IMG/VR virus record: IMGVR_UViG_3300028025_001180
DNA: 64,000 nucleotides
Source: a virus
Taxonomy: Duplodnaviria > Heunggongvirae > Uroviricota > Caudoviricetes
Direction: 5' to 3' (one strand)
A program made the position numbers and the translations under genes. Below the pieces are notes generated by a model that did not search any database, was not told the DNA's origin, and was given only the letters and a program-made list of their open reading frames with translations. Shown here one piece after another: positions 48,431 to 56,644 of this stretch; position 1 is the stretch's first letter, and every line of letters begins with the position of its first letter.

Positions 48431-49561
48431 TTAAGGAATATACATAATGTAATATGCACCTATCACAGGTTGGATATTTGCATGTGCTGCTCCGCTACCT
48501 GTAGATTCTACTGTAACAGATGTACTTGTAGAAGCCACTGTAATACCTGTTGTACTAGTTACAGCTTGGATATCTTTAGGAGATGTATTACCAACAGCAA
48601 TTGTTCCACTACCACCAGTTACACCACTCTGTCCAATAGCATGTGTATGACCTGGGTCATTTAATGTAACAGTTGTATTTGCTACAGCATTGTGGGCATG
48701 TGCAGGTAGTTGTGGTGTAGTTAAAGTTATAGTGTTTGCTCCTGATGTGGTGTACAAAGAATAGTTTGGGTTGCCAGCATTAGCTGGATTTACCGCAGCA
48801 TCTAAAGAAGCACCTGGTACATTGTTAATAGCACCAACTGCTACACGTCCTCTTTTATCTGGAGTGCCATTTAATCCATTACACAAATACACTTTGAAGA
48901 AACCATTTGCTGGGATGCCAATACCTGATCCATCAAAATTTGATATTGACCCATAGTATTCATAGGCTACATAAGGAACCATTTTTAAATACTGTTGATT
49001 AGAGTTACCACTACCTTGACCAGCTATATAAGCTGCTATCAAAGCATCCAAGTCTGCTAACTTAACATAGTTTGTATCTACATCAAGCTCAAGAGCAACT
49101 AGGTCAGCCACTGTTGTACAAAGCTTATTTATAATAGCTTGGACAATAGCATGTGTATCTGAGCTAGATGTTACTCCTGTTAAACAACCAATTGTATAGT
49201 CAGCATTTAATGTAGTTATATCAGCAGCAACTGCAGTTATTTGAGTTTGTAAATTACAAACTACTTTAACTAATGTTTGGAACAATTGTTCAGAAGTCCA
49301 CTGATTTGTACCTACAGGAGTAGGTAAATAACCATTTACAATTGCACAACGTATACCTGAGGCAATAGTAATTTTGTCACCTGTTCCACTTAATAAAGGA
49401 ACTAGTTTATCAATTATATTTTCTATAACTAATTGAAGATTATCTCCAGATGTTATATCTAAAGGCACACTATCAAGACCTGTATAGGTAACACATTGAT
49501 CAGATACAACTTGTACGCATCCATTATAACAAGGTTCAGGAGGGCAATTTGAACAAGACAT
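48431..49561 (-). CDS. Tail fibre, 376 aa, with a phage tail-collar domain (MdpB-like) and the shared N-terminal Cys anchor module.
   Basis: KRGRVAVGAIN...TITLTTPQLPAHAHN and the C-terminal AHANIQPVIGAYYIMYIP match the tail-collar domain signatures (R-G-R-x-x-x-G; Q-[LM]-P-x-H-x-H; QPY-x-x-x-Y-I). The N-terminus reads CPPEPCYNGCV...CVTYTGLDSVPLDITSGDNLQLVIENIIDKL. Confidence 0.75.
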   Translation of the reverse strand: MSCSNCPPEPCYNGCVQVVSDQCVTYTGLDSVPLDITSGDNLQLVIENIIDKLVPLLSGTGDKITIASGIRCAIVNGYLPTPVGTNQWTSEQLFQTLVKVVCNLQTQITAVAADITTLNADYTIGCLTGVTSSSDTHAIVQAIINKLCTTVADLVALELDVDTNYVKLADLDALIAAYIAGQGSGNSNQQYLKMVPYVAYEYYGSISNFDGSGIGIPANGFFKVYLCNGLNGTPDKRGRVAVGAINNVPGASLDAAVNPANAGNPNYSLYTTSGANTITLTTPQLPAHAHNAVANTTVTLNDPGHTHAIGQSGVTGGSGTIAVGNTSPKDIQAVTSTTGITVASTSTSVTVESTGSGAAHANIQPVIGAYYIMYIP

Positions 49562-49568
49562 TTTTAAT

Positions 49569-49835
49569 TTATTTATGAATTAACACTTTAACTCTACTAG
49601 CTATTTGGGACACAGTGAATCTTATGGCATAATCTGGATTACAATATTTATAGGTTAATATCCTTTTGTAATTCAAAAGATCACCAATCACAGGACCAGG
49701 TAGATAGTTAGTCATAGAGAAGATGATATTGTTGTATTCTTGTTTAGCTAGATCTGTAAGTTTACAATCAATATCAGTAAGTAAAGCAGGAATGCTAGCA
49801 CATTCTATACAGTTAGTTAATCTTGGCTGTAACAT
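49569..49835 (-). CDS. Hypothetical protein, 88 aa.
   Basis: ORF track. It overlaps by 20 nt the untracked 44-aa Cys-rich ORF in another frame. Confidence 0.45.
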   Translation of the reverse strand: MLQPRLTNCIECASIPALLTDIDCKLTDLAKQEYNNIIFSMTNYLPGPVIGDLLNYKRILTYKYCNPDYAIRFTVSQIASRVKVLIHK

Positions 49836-49947
49836 ATTTAATCAGATTTGTAGCTTGTTTTGCAGCATAATTACATGCTGAACATAAGCCATTAATTAAT
49901 TGACATCCACAGCCCACTTTGGTTCCACAATTTCTACAGTTTGCCAT
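49816..49947 (-). CDS. Untracked 44-aa Cys-rich ORF, MANCRNCGTKVGCGCQLINGLCSACNYAAKQATNLIKYVTAKIN. It has a zinc-ribbon-like C-x2-C-x5-CxC-x6-C-x2-C pattern.
   Basis: Hand translation of the minus strand. The ATG lies 2 nt after the upstream stop. It fills an otherwise unusual 113-nt gap in a compact operon and ends at TAA (49813-49815). Confidence 0.4.
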
Positions 49948-49948
49948 C

Positions 49949-50554
49949 TTAATAAAAATTTATAATATAGTTATTTCCTGTGCAACCACAGTTATTTCTA
50001 ATAAAGTTATTTAACATGCGATCTGCTTGCATGTATAATTTGTTTGCTGTATCTACAGCACAGTTATTTGCAGCAGCTATTGATCCTGAAATCATGTAGT
50101 AAATACTATTTAAGTTTACCTTTGCTTGTGTTCTAATAGCTGAATCACACTCCATTAAGTCAAGTTTCATAAATGCATTATCAAACTTCTCTTGTATCAA
50201 CTCAGTACGCATAATGTTCTTTTCTACATTATACGTTATAGCAGGAGAAACTGTATATTTCAAATAGTAAATACCATCTGGTAAAGGAATCAAAGGTTCA
50301 CCAACAGCAGACAGTCCTAAAGATGTAGAATTGAATATATTAAACTCATTAGGAGTGAAAGGTAAAGAAACCACCCCAAAGTTAGGAACAGTGATTTCTA
50401 TTGTAGGGGCAGTTACAACAGGAGGATTTGTATCATATGTTGATGCATCAGCAACACCCAAAGTTAAAGTGTTGTAAGTTGGTATTACTAGTATATCTAA
50501 GACCATGTTATTTAAAATAATAATGCCAGAGGATTTGAGAATTAATCCTCTCAC
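49949..50554 (-). CDS. Hypothetical structural protein, 201 aa as listed in the ORF track. The true start is probably Met17 (ATG at 50506), because the tracked start is a GTG that sits inside a terminator hairpin.
   Basis: The track start translates GTG AGA GGA. Nucleotides 50525-50562 form the hairpin GCCAGAGG...CCUCUGGC followed by a U-rich tract on the minus strand. Confidence 0.55.
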   Translation of the reverse strand: MRGLILKSSGIIILNNMVLDILVIPTYNTLTLGVADASTYDTNPPVVTAPTIEITVPNFGVVSLPFTPNEFNIFNSTSLGLSAVGEPLIPLPDGIYYLKYTVSPAITYNVEKNIMRTELIQEKFDNAFMKLDLMECDSAIRTQAKVNLNSIYYMISGSIAAANNCAVDTANKLYMQADRMLNNFIRNNCGCTGNNYIINFY

Positions 50555-50562
50555 CCTCTGGC
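50510..50562 (-). terminator. Probable intrinsic terminator or attenuator after the 386-aa gene.
   Basis: The minus-strand RNA reads GCCAGAGG-(22 nt with internal GAGA/UCUC pairing)-CCUCUGGC, then AUUAUUAUUUUAAAU. Confidence 0.5.
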
Positions 50563-50589
50563 ATAGGTTAATATGATGCTACCTTTTTC

Positions 50590-51750
50590 TTAAGGGATCA
50601 AAGTAGTTGTTGTTGAAGTACTAGGCCATACAGTAGTTGTAGTGCTAGTAGTAGTGATACAAGCAGTGTCACCAGCTACAGCTCCTAAAGCAGCAACTAA
50701 TATAGCTTCGATAGCTGTTGTTTGATTCTCAGGAACAGCGATGATTACCATGCTATCTTCCATGATATAGTCACCCCATTGGTAAGCACTCTTATCATAC
50801 TCATTGAATTTGATATAGTACAAATCATAGATTTGACCATCAGTTACCCAAGACTCAAAGTTCTCGTTGTAACCATTCATTCTGTATAAATGCTTTAAGT
50901 AACCAGCTTGGTAGCTATAGAAGTTCTTCTCTAATTGTTGAACTTCAGCAGAAGTACCAACAGCATAGTTAGATCTTTGACGAATGATTGGCTCAGCAAC
51001 TCTATTACAAGGATCATCAACAATGAAGTCAGCAGTTGTAGCTGGACCAGCAAAGATGAAAGTTCTAAAGTAGAATCTGTCATACTCAAAAGGGAATGCA
51101 GCAACATCACAAGGCTGACCATATTTAGTTAATGGCTTACCAGTAATACGTAAGAATGCACTTTGATTGTTACCAAGTCTTTGGAATTGATAGAAATCAC
51201 TCAAATAGATATTGTCTGGGTTGTCACCAGGAGCTCTAGATTCTAACTTAAGAATCAAAGCATCAATCAATGCAGGCACATCTACATCTGTACAAGGATC
51301 ACCACCACATTCTAAACATGGAGCGTTTACTGTTACAGAACGAGTGAAACCATTGAAGTACAATGTGTTCAAGTAGCTAGAGAAACCACGTAAAGTTAAG
51401 GTGATAATTTCACCTGGTTTTACTGTGAAATCAACTACGTCAGTTACTTGATTCACTGGAGTAGGACAGCCTAAAGACTTGTACCACTCAGTTACATTTG
51501 AAGTACATCCAGATCCACTAGGACATCCTTTGATCTTGTCAGATCTTTTAGAGCCTTGTAAATACGTGTTTGTTCTACCTTGAGCAACATAGAAATAAGG
51601 GGCAGCAGCAACGTTAGCAGCTGTGGCAACAGTGTAGTCATTTAGGAAAATACCTACTTGACCAGCTGTTAAATTCTGTGTAGATCCAGAGCTAGGTAAT
51701 GTGTTTCCTACTGGTACTACAAAGAGGGTGGTTAGTGAAAAATCCGCCAT
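50590..51750 (-). CDS. Structural protein, 386 aa, with a C-terminal poly-Thr/Ser tail. Candidate head-tail or decoration component.
   Basis: ORF track. ACITTTSTTTTVWPSTSTTTT linker. It is followed by a terminator-like hairpin. Confidence 0.6.
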   Translation of the reverse strand: MADFSLTTLFVVPVGNTLPSSGSTQNLTAGQVGIFLNDYTVATAANVAAAPYFYVAQGRTNTYLQGSKRSDKIKGCPSGSGCTSNVTEWYKSLGCPTPVNQVTDVVDFTVKPGEIITLTLRGFSSYLNTLYFNGFTRSVTVNAPCLECGGDPCTDVDVPALIDALILKLESRAPGDNPDNIYLSDFYQFQRLGNNQSAFLRITGKPLTKYGQPCDVAAFPFEYDRFYFRTFIFAGPATTADFIVDDPCNRVAEPIIRQRSNYAVGTSAEVQQLEKNFYSYQAGYLKHLYRMNGYNENFESWVTDGQIYDLYYIKFNEYDKSAYQWGDYIMEDSMVIIAVPENQTTAIEAILVAALGAVAGDTACITTTSTTTTVWPSTSTTTTLIP

Positions 51751-51777
51751 TTTGTTTTATATTTAAATTGTAAAAAA

Positions 51778-52509
51778 TTATTCGTTTGTTTGTATCCTAT
51801 AGATTGAACTTTGAACAGCACTTTGGTTTTCTGTATACATTGCCAAGTTTTGTACTGTAAGATCTAATAACTCATCTTCTAGATATAGTTCAAGTTCACA
51901 GTCTTCATCAAAAGAAGGTTGTCCATCTAACATGATATATCCTGTCTTGTTAATGTACACTGGATATCTCATATATGATATGTAAATATCTTTTGGTGTA
52001 AACGTTCCATCTGTAAATACAGATATCTCGTCAGAGGATAAGAAGTTAAATGTTTCTTGATATTCAAAAGAAGGCTTGTAGTTGTCATTAGTTAATATGA
52101 ACTGAATGTCACCATGCTTAGCCAAGTCTCTATTTATCCATATCTTTCTATCTGTACATCTCCCTTTGTCTGCTAATATATAACTATCAAGATAGAACAT
52201 ATATTTTGGGACCAAAGTATTTAGATTTGCAAAGTATTGATTTAACTCATCATTCTTTAACACTAATGGCAAAGGTTGATGGTTATAGGTGATAACTAAA
52301 CTTTGAAGGTCTTCATAGCGTTTTTTAAACGCATCCAACCCATAACCAGAGTTTGTACTAGTACCATCAACCTTTTGCTTTATTAGCTTTATCTGAGCTT
52401 CGTTAAGTGCTAGAATCTTATCTTCTAGGTTAATTTGTTGATGCTCATTTGTTGATAGTTTATTTAGTTTCTGATCAATCTTGTATAATAAACTATCTAC
52501 TGGGATCAT
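51778..52509 (-). CDS. Hypothetical head-completion or connector protein, 243 aa.
   Basis: ORF track. It has an ATGA overlap with the upstream gene. Confidence 0.5.
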   Translation of the reverse strand: MIPVDSLLYKIDQKLNKLSTNEHQQINLEDKILALNEAQIKLIKQKVDGTSTNSGYGLDAFKKRYEDLQSLVITYNHQPLPLVLKNDELNQYFANLNTLVPKYMFYLDSYILADKGRCTDRKIWINRDLAKHGDIQFILTNDNYKPSFEYQETFNFLSSDEISVFTDGTFTPKDIYISYMRYPVYINKTGYIMLDGQPSFDEDCELELYLEDELLDLTVQNLAMYTENQSAVQSSIYRIQTNE

Positions 52510-53471
52510 AATGAGGCTATTTTTTTTCCTTTCAATTTGCCTTCCAAAGTCAATAACTGATCTTGGTTGTCTTCATCTGCAAGGAATTTAACTAAATCAT
52601 CTTCGTCAACTGCTATTTCAAATTCACCTTCGAAAACTCTACCATTAGGTCTCACTCTATAAACTGAATGAGCAACAGCTTGTTTTACTAGGTCTTTAAT
52701 ATGTAGCAAGTTTTCCTTCATATCTGCAAATCTGTTGAACACCTCAATTGGGTTCAAACCTTGATATTTGCCATTCTTGAATTCTGTTTGTTTTAGGAGG
52801 TTATCCACCTGATTGTAAACTGCTTCTTCTTTAGAATCATCAGATACTGGAAGACCAAGTAAACGAGCTACTTTCTTCTTCTTCTCAGGAGTCATAGAAT
52901 CAAACTTAATAATAGCTTTATTAATAAGTTGCTTCTTTTTAAACATCACCTTGTTTTCAATCTCATCATCTGCAACATAATATTGAATGTCTGCAGGATA
53001 TTCACCACGCTCCCAAGCTTGATAGCTAGAAGCAATTGTTGGATGAACTCTTAACCATGAGAATGCTAGCTCTTGCAATGGCATTGACAAATCATAAAAA
53101 TTGTCGCCATCCATAAGCTTAACAGGTTGTACGTGTAATGAATCATCAGTAGACGTTGATAAGCCATAGTTCCAGAAAGTAGAACGAGGACTTAAGTCAA
53201 CATTTAATGCTGCTTCAAGTTTATCTCTTAATTCTGTTACTCTTTCAACCTCCATCTCTCTTTCAAGAGGATCAGAGATTCTTCTGATGTAAGCAGCCTT
53301 TGGATCTAAGCCTGTTCTGTACTGACCATCCAATTCTTTATAAGGATATTTGAAAACTCCTGTACCAGGAATTCTTGTATACCCTCTTGATGCAAGTCCA
53401 CCTTGCATTGTTTGTAATTGAGAATTGTTGTAATCTTTTTTAATAGTAGAGATTTTTCCTATCTTGCCCAT
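52506..53471 (-). CDS. Hypothetical head-associated protein, 321 aa.
   Basis: ORF track. It is the first gene downstream of the capsid-gene intergenic structure. Confidence 0.5.
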   Translation of the reverse strand: MGKIGKISTIKKDYNNSQLQTMQGGLASRGYTRIPGTGVFKYPYKELDGQYRTGLDPKAAYIRRISDPLEREMEVERVTELRDKLEAALNVDLSPRSTFWNYGLSTSTDDSLHVQPVKLMDGDNFYDLSMPLQELAFSWLRVHPTIASSYQAWERGEYPADIQYYVADDEIENKVMFKKKQLINKAIIKFDSMTPEKKKKVARLLGLPVSDDSKEEAVYNQVDNLLKQTEFKNGKYQGLNPIEVFNRFADMKENLLHIKDLVKQAVAHSVYRVRPNGRVFEGEFEIAVDEDDLVKFLADEDNQDQLLTLEGKLKGKKIASL

Positions 53472-53560
53472 ATGTAGTTGTTTTTATTTGGTTTATTTGC
53501 AGATGGTCCCCATCGAAGGGAACACTGTACAGAATTTACTTGTACCTGTCCATCTGTGTT

Positions 53561-53610
53561 AGAAGACTCCCCCACTGGGATGTGGGGGGAAAGTCTTCTG
53601 ATTTTTTTAT
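53561..53610 (+). terminator. GC-rich hairpin plus T7 run in the 190-bp intergenic region after the capsid gene. It is oriented as a plus-strand intrinsic terminator. The same hairpin forms in the minus-strand transcript 3' of the capsid gene.
   Basis: AGAAGACU-CCCCCAC-uggGAU-GUGGGGG-gaa-AGUCUUCU (15 bp, 3-nt bulge) followed by GAUUUUUUUAU on the plus strand. This is an unusual GC island in AT-rich DNA. Confidence 0.5.
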
Positions 53611-53661
53611 GCGAAACACCAAGGGTGTCAGTCTAAGAATACTATCCTTAGAGGGGCATTA

Positions 53662-55215
53662 TTAGAATTGAGGAATCTCTTCAATCAATACTGTTCTAGA
53701 TAAATCTTCAATGAATACATCACAACGATCTTTCATCCAGATTTCATATCCTGGGAATTTGTTCGCAGAACTCATACCTTGAGACTTAGCAAAGCCTAAG
53801 TGGTGACGAGTACCATCGATATAACCCCAAGTCATAGAAGGTGCACCCTTCATACGTACTTCACGAATGTTATTGATCATAGAACCATCAGACATTGGAG
53901 ATACATCAAACACCATAAATACTGGAGTTGACTTCTTGTTTTGTCCAAATTCTAAATTTGTTTGAGGTAAGTCTAATTCTTTCAAGTGAATTAATTCAAC
54001 ACGACCAGTCTCACGAGTTACCATTGCATCGAATGCAAAGTTGTAAGTGATGTGTTGTCCTTCTCCTTGCATGTATCTGTTACCAGAATCAGCCATGAAA
54101 GTTAAACCAGAGTTCAAAGCGTCATTCTTCAAAGCTTGTTGGAACACGTCAAAACCAGCTTCGTTAGTGTACATTTTAACTCTTCTATCTTTAACATCAA
54201 CACGTCTGTAGAATAAGTCACCAAACACTGAACGAATCAAGTTTGCAGTGAACTCACCACGATTGTATTGAACTAAGTTACCATTGTTACGCATTCTGTG
54301 GTAAACACCAGCAGATGTACGCTTTAATTCTTGCTTAGAACCATTAGTCTTCACAGTTCCAGGACGAGCCCAGATCATACGCTTAACTTTTAATTCTAAC
54401 ATAGACTTACGCATCCAGAACTCAATAAATGGTTCCCACTTAACATCGTTACGAGTTAAAGGTAATTGGTTACGTCTTTGAGGAGCATATACTAAGATAT
54501 CTAAAGGTTTGCCAGAAGCATCTCTCATCATCTTGTCATCAGCCCACTCTGTAATTTTGTGCTCATAACCATATGCAGAACCTAAAGATTCAAACATTGT
54601 GATTTGCTCACCTAAACGAGGAAGACCTAATAAGTCTTGATCAAACTCACCAATTGCAGCATCAACTAATTCTAGTTCGATACCAACTTGTAAGAATGTA
54701 CCACTTACGAAATCAACTGTAGGATTGTCACTCACCAAAGTGAAAGTGTACAAGAAGCCCATATTCCAAGGAACAGGATCTTTTACTACATAGAAACGAG
54801 GACCATACTGACGAGTACCTACAGAAATGATAGCGTTCTTAGAGAACTCATTAGTGTCGATAATCAATTGGAACTCTTGACCATCAATACCAGGCTTGGA
54901 TAACTCCAAAGTGCTAGTAGGAACGTCAATGATTTTTGGGAACTTGTAAGGAACTTGTACTTGCCATTTCCAAGCATCACTGTTATTATCGATATAGTAA
55001 GGAGTAGACTTGTTAATCATGTCTAAGAAGTCATTACTATAAAGAGAACTCTGAGTGTACAAACTGATAATCTTCTTATCATAGTCTGCAGGCTCTGTAG
55101 AGTGAAAGCTCTCTAAGTGGTTTGAGTCAGTCAACTTACCTACTGCACGCTTATCCATAGAAGCGACACGAGCATAAGTAAATCCAGTTAAACCTGGAAT
55201 TGTTTGAATTGCCAT
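53662..55215 (-). CDS. Major capsid protein candidate, 517 aa.
   Basis: About 500 aa, immediately downstream of an acidic scaffold-like gene and followed by a strong RNA hairpin. Order is terminase-portal-scaffold-capsid. No fold-level proof. Confidence 0.55.
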   Translation of the reverse strand: MAIQTIPGLTGFTYARVASMDKRAVGKLTDSNHLESFHSTEPADYDKKIISLYTQSSLYSNDFLDMINKSTPYYIDNNSDAWKWQVQVPYKFPKIIDVPTSTLELSKPGIDGQEFQLIIDTNEFSKNAIISVGTRQYGPRFYVVKDPVPWNMGFLYTFTLVSDNPTVDFVSGTFLQVGIELELVDAAIGEFDQDLLGLPRLGEQITMFESLGSAYGYEHKITEWADDKMMRDASGKPLDILVYAPQRRNQLPLTRNDVKWEPFIEFWMRKSMLELKVKRMIWARPGTVKTNGSKQELKRTSAGVYHRMRNNGNLVQYNRGEFTANLIRSVFGDLFYRRVDVKDRRVKMYTNEAGFDVFQQALKNDALNSGLTFMADSGNRYMQGEGQHITYNFAFDAMVTRETGRVELIHLKELDLPQTNLEFGQNKKSTPVFMVFDVSPMSDGSMINNIREVRMKGAPSMTWGYIDGTRHHLGFAKSQGMSSANKFPGYEIWMKDRCDVFIEDLSRTVLIEEIPQF

Positions 55216-55250
55216 TGTTATACTTTTTTAATTTTTGTTATATAAATTGT

Positions 55251-56525
55251 TTATTGAAACCAAGAAGTGGATCTAGCTGACTGTTTAGATTTCACTGAAC
55301 TCTTCTGGGCTTGTCTGGCAACCTCACCAAATAACTCATTTGATTTTTTGGTGATACCTGTCTTTTGAATAGTAGATAATGTAGGGTCTTTTTCTAAGAT
55401 CTTCATTATCAATGCAAGCTTTACTTTTGTTGCATGATTCTCAGGACGTTTCAGCTCCAGTATAGTACGATCAAAATCTGTAAGAGTTTCTCCAGATGCT
55501 GTCTTGTACTTGTCTGTTACTAGGAAATCTTGTAGTTCACCAGCTAATTTAGGGTTAATTGGTATGCCATCAAATTCTTTAGCTTTAATCTTATCCTGTA
55601 AAACTTGGTTTACATTTTGTAAGTATTGTTGCTTGATGGCTTGTTGCTCTTGCAATTGAGCTTGTTTATCTTGCTCTAATTGTTGAAGCTTTGTAGCTTC
55701 TTTCTTTATTAAGACTTTATGATGTTTAGCAGCAACAGTTTCTAAATCACCATAGTTTTTAAGTCTTTCAACCTCTGTTGTAACATCTTCAGGATCAAAC
55801 CCTTGATCTGTTAATGCTTGTTTGATAACAGCAACTTGATTACTCTCATCGCTTAAATCCATCTCAGAGAAAGACTTGATTTGATTAAATGCACCAAAGT
55901 AGTCTTTTGGACTAACTCCTTTTACAAATATGGCATCAAACGCTTCTTGATAATCTTCTCCAAACTGACCAATGAAGTTGTTTACTATTTCAATAGCTCC
56001 CTTCTTCTTCTCTGCTTGGAACTTCTCCAAGAAAGCTTCAGGGCTATCAATAACTGTTTCTTCTTCATCTTCGTCTTGTGAAAAGACACCTAGTTTTAAA
56101 AGATCTTTTGATAAAGCTTCGAACTGGTTAGGAACTCCTTCTTCACCATCTTCGTCATCTTCATCACTATCTTCTTGATTATCAGCACCTTTTGCAACTG
56201 GTTTCTTATCTGTTGCAGGAGCTTCATCATCTTCTTCAGCATCTTCATCTTCTCCATATAAGAAACTTTGAATGTCCTTTTCAGGAGCTTCGTCTTTCTT
56301 ATCATCTTCTGGAGCAGGAGTAGATGCAGCTGTTTGTTTAGAAGTAGTTTTCTTTGTTGGAGCAGGAGCAGGTTCATCTTTAATGTCCTGAATGTCATCA
56401 GGATTAGATGTAGCACTTTCAGGAGATAACAAGTCATTTAATAACTCTTGATTTCCCATTCCCATATCCATAGTATCTTGAATACTAAAGTTGCCCATTT
56501 GGGGCATATCTAGATTTTCAGCCAT
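55251..56525 (-). CDS. Scaffolding-like protein, 424 aa. The N-terminal half is highly acidic (DEDDE runs) and the C-terminus has coiled-coil-like heptads.
   Basis: Composition: EDEDAEEDDEAP, SDEDDEDGEEG. C-terminal heptad-like QLEQDKQAQLQEQQAIKQQ. It lies directly upstream of the capsid gene. Confidence 0.5.
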   Translation of the reverse strand: MAENLDMPQMGNFSIQDTMDMGMGNQELLNDLLSPESATSNPDDIQDIKDEPAPAPTKKTTSKQTAASTPAPEDDKKDEAPEKDIQSFLYGEDEDAEEDDEAPATDKKPVAKGADNQEDSDEDDEDGEEGVPNQFEALSKDLLKLGVFSQDEDEEETVIDSPEAFLEKFQAEKKKGAIEIVNNFIGQFGEDYQEAFDAIFVKGVSPKDYFGAFNQIKSFSEMDLSDESNQVAVIKQALTDQGFDPEDVTTEVERLKNYGDLETVAAKHHKVLIKKEATKLQQLEQDKQAQLQEQQAIKQQYLQNVNQVLQDKIKAKEFDGIPINPKLAGELQDFLVTDKYKTASGETLTDFDRTILELKRPENHATKVKLALIMKILEKDPTLSTIQKTGITKKSNELFGEVARQAQKSSVKSKQSARSTSWFQ

Positions 56526-56644
56526 ATGTAGTTGAGTTTTAATTGGTTTTGTATGTAAAAGTAAATTAACTTAAGTTACTAGCAAAGAGAGGAGCCTTTA
56601 TATTGATCATTATTCAGTATAATATAGCATTAATATTTTTTACT

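Noticed and set aside
53472-53661. A possible tRNA or other small RNA gene in the 190-bp gap after the capsid gene.
   Set aside because: No cloverleaf could be built on either strand. There is a T-loop-like UUCGAUG, but no acceptor or anticodon arm pairing and no CCA context. It is kept only as a structured regulatory region.
55881-56437. ORFs 55881..56081 +, 55972..56178 + and 56096..56437 - inside the scaffold-like gene.
   Set aside because: They are low-complexity (poly-Ser, or Lys/Leu-rich) mirror frames of the acidic GAA/GAT-rich scaffold sequence.
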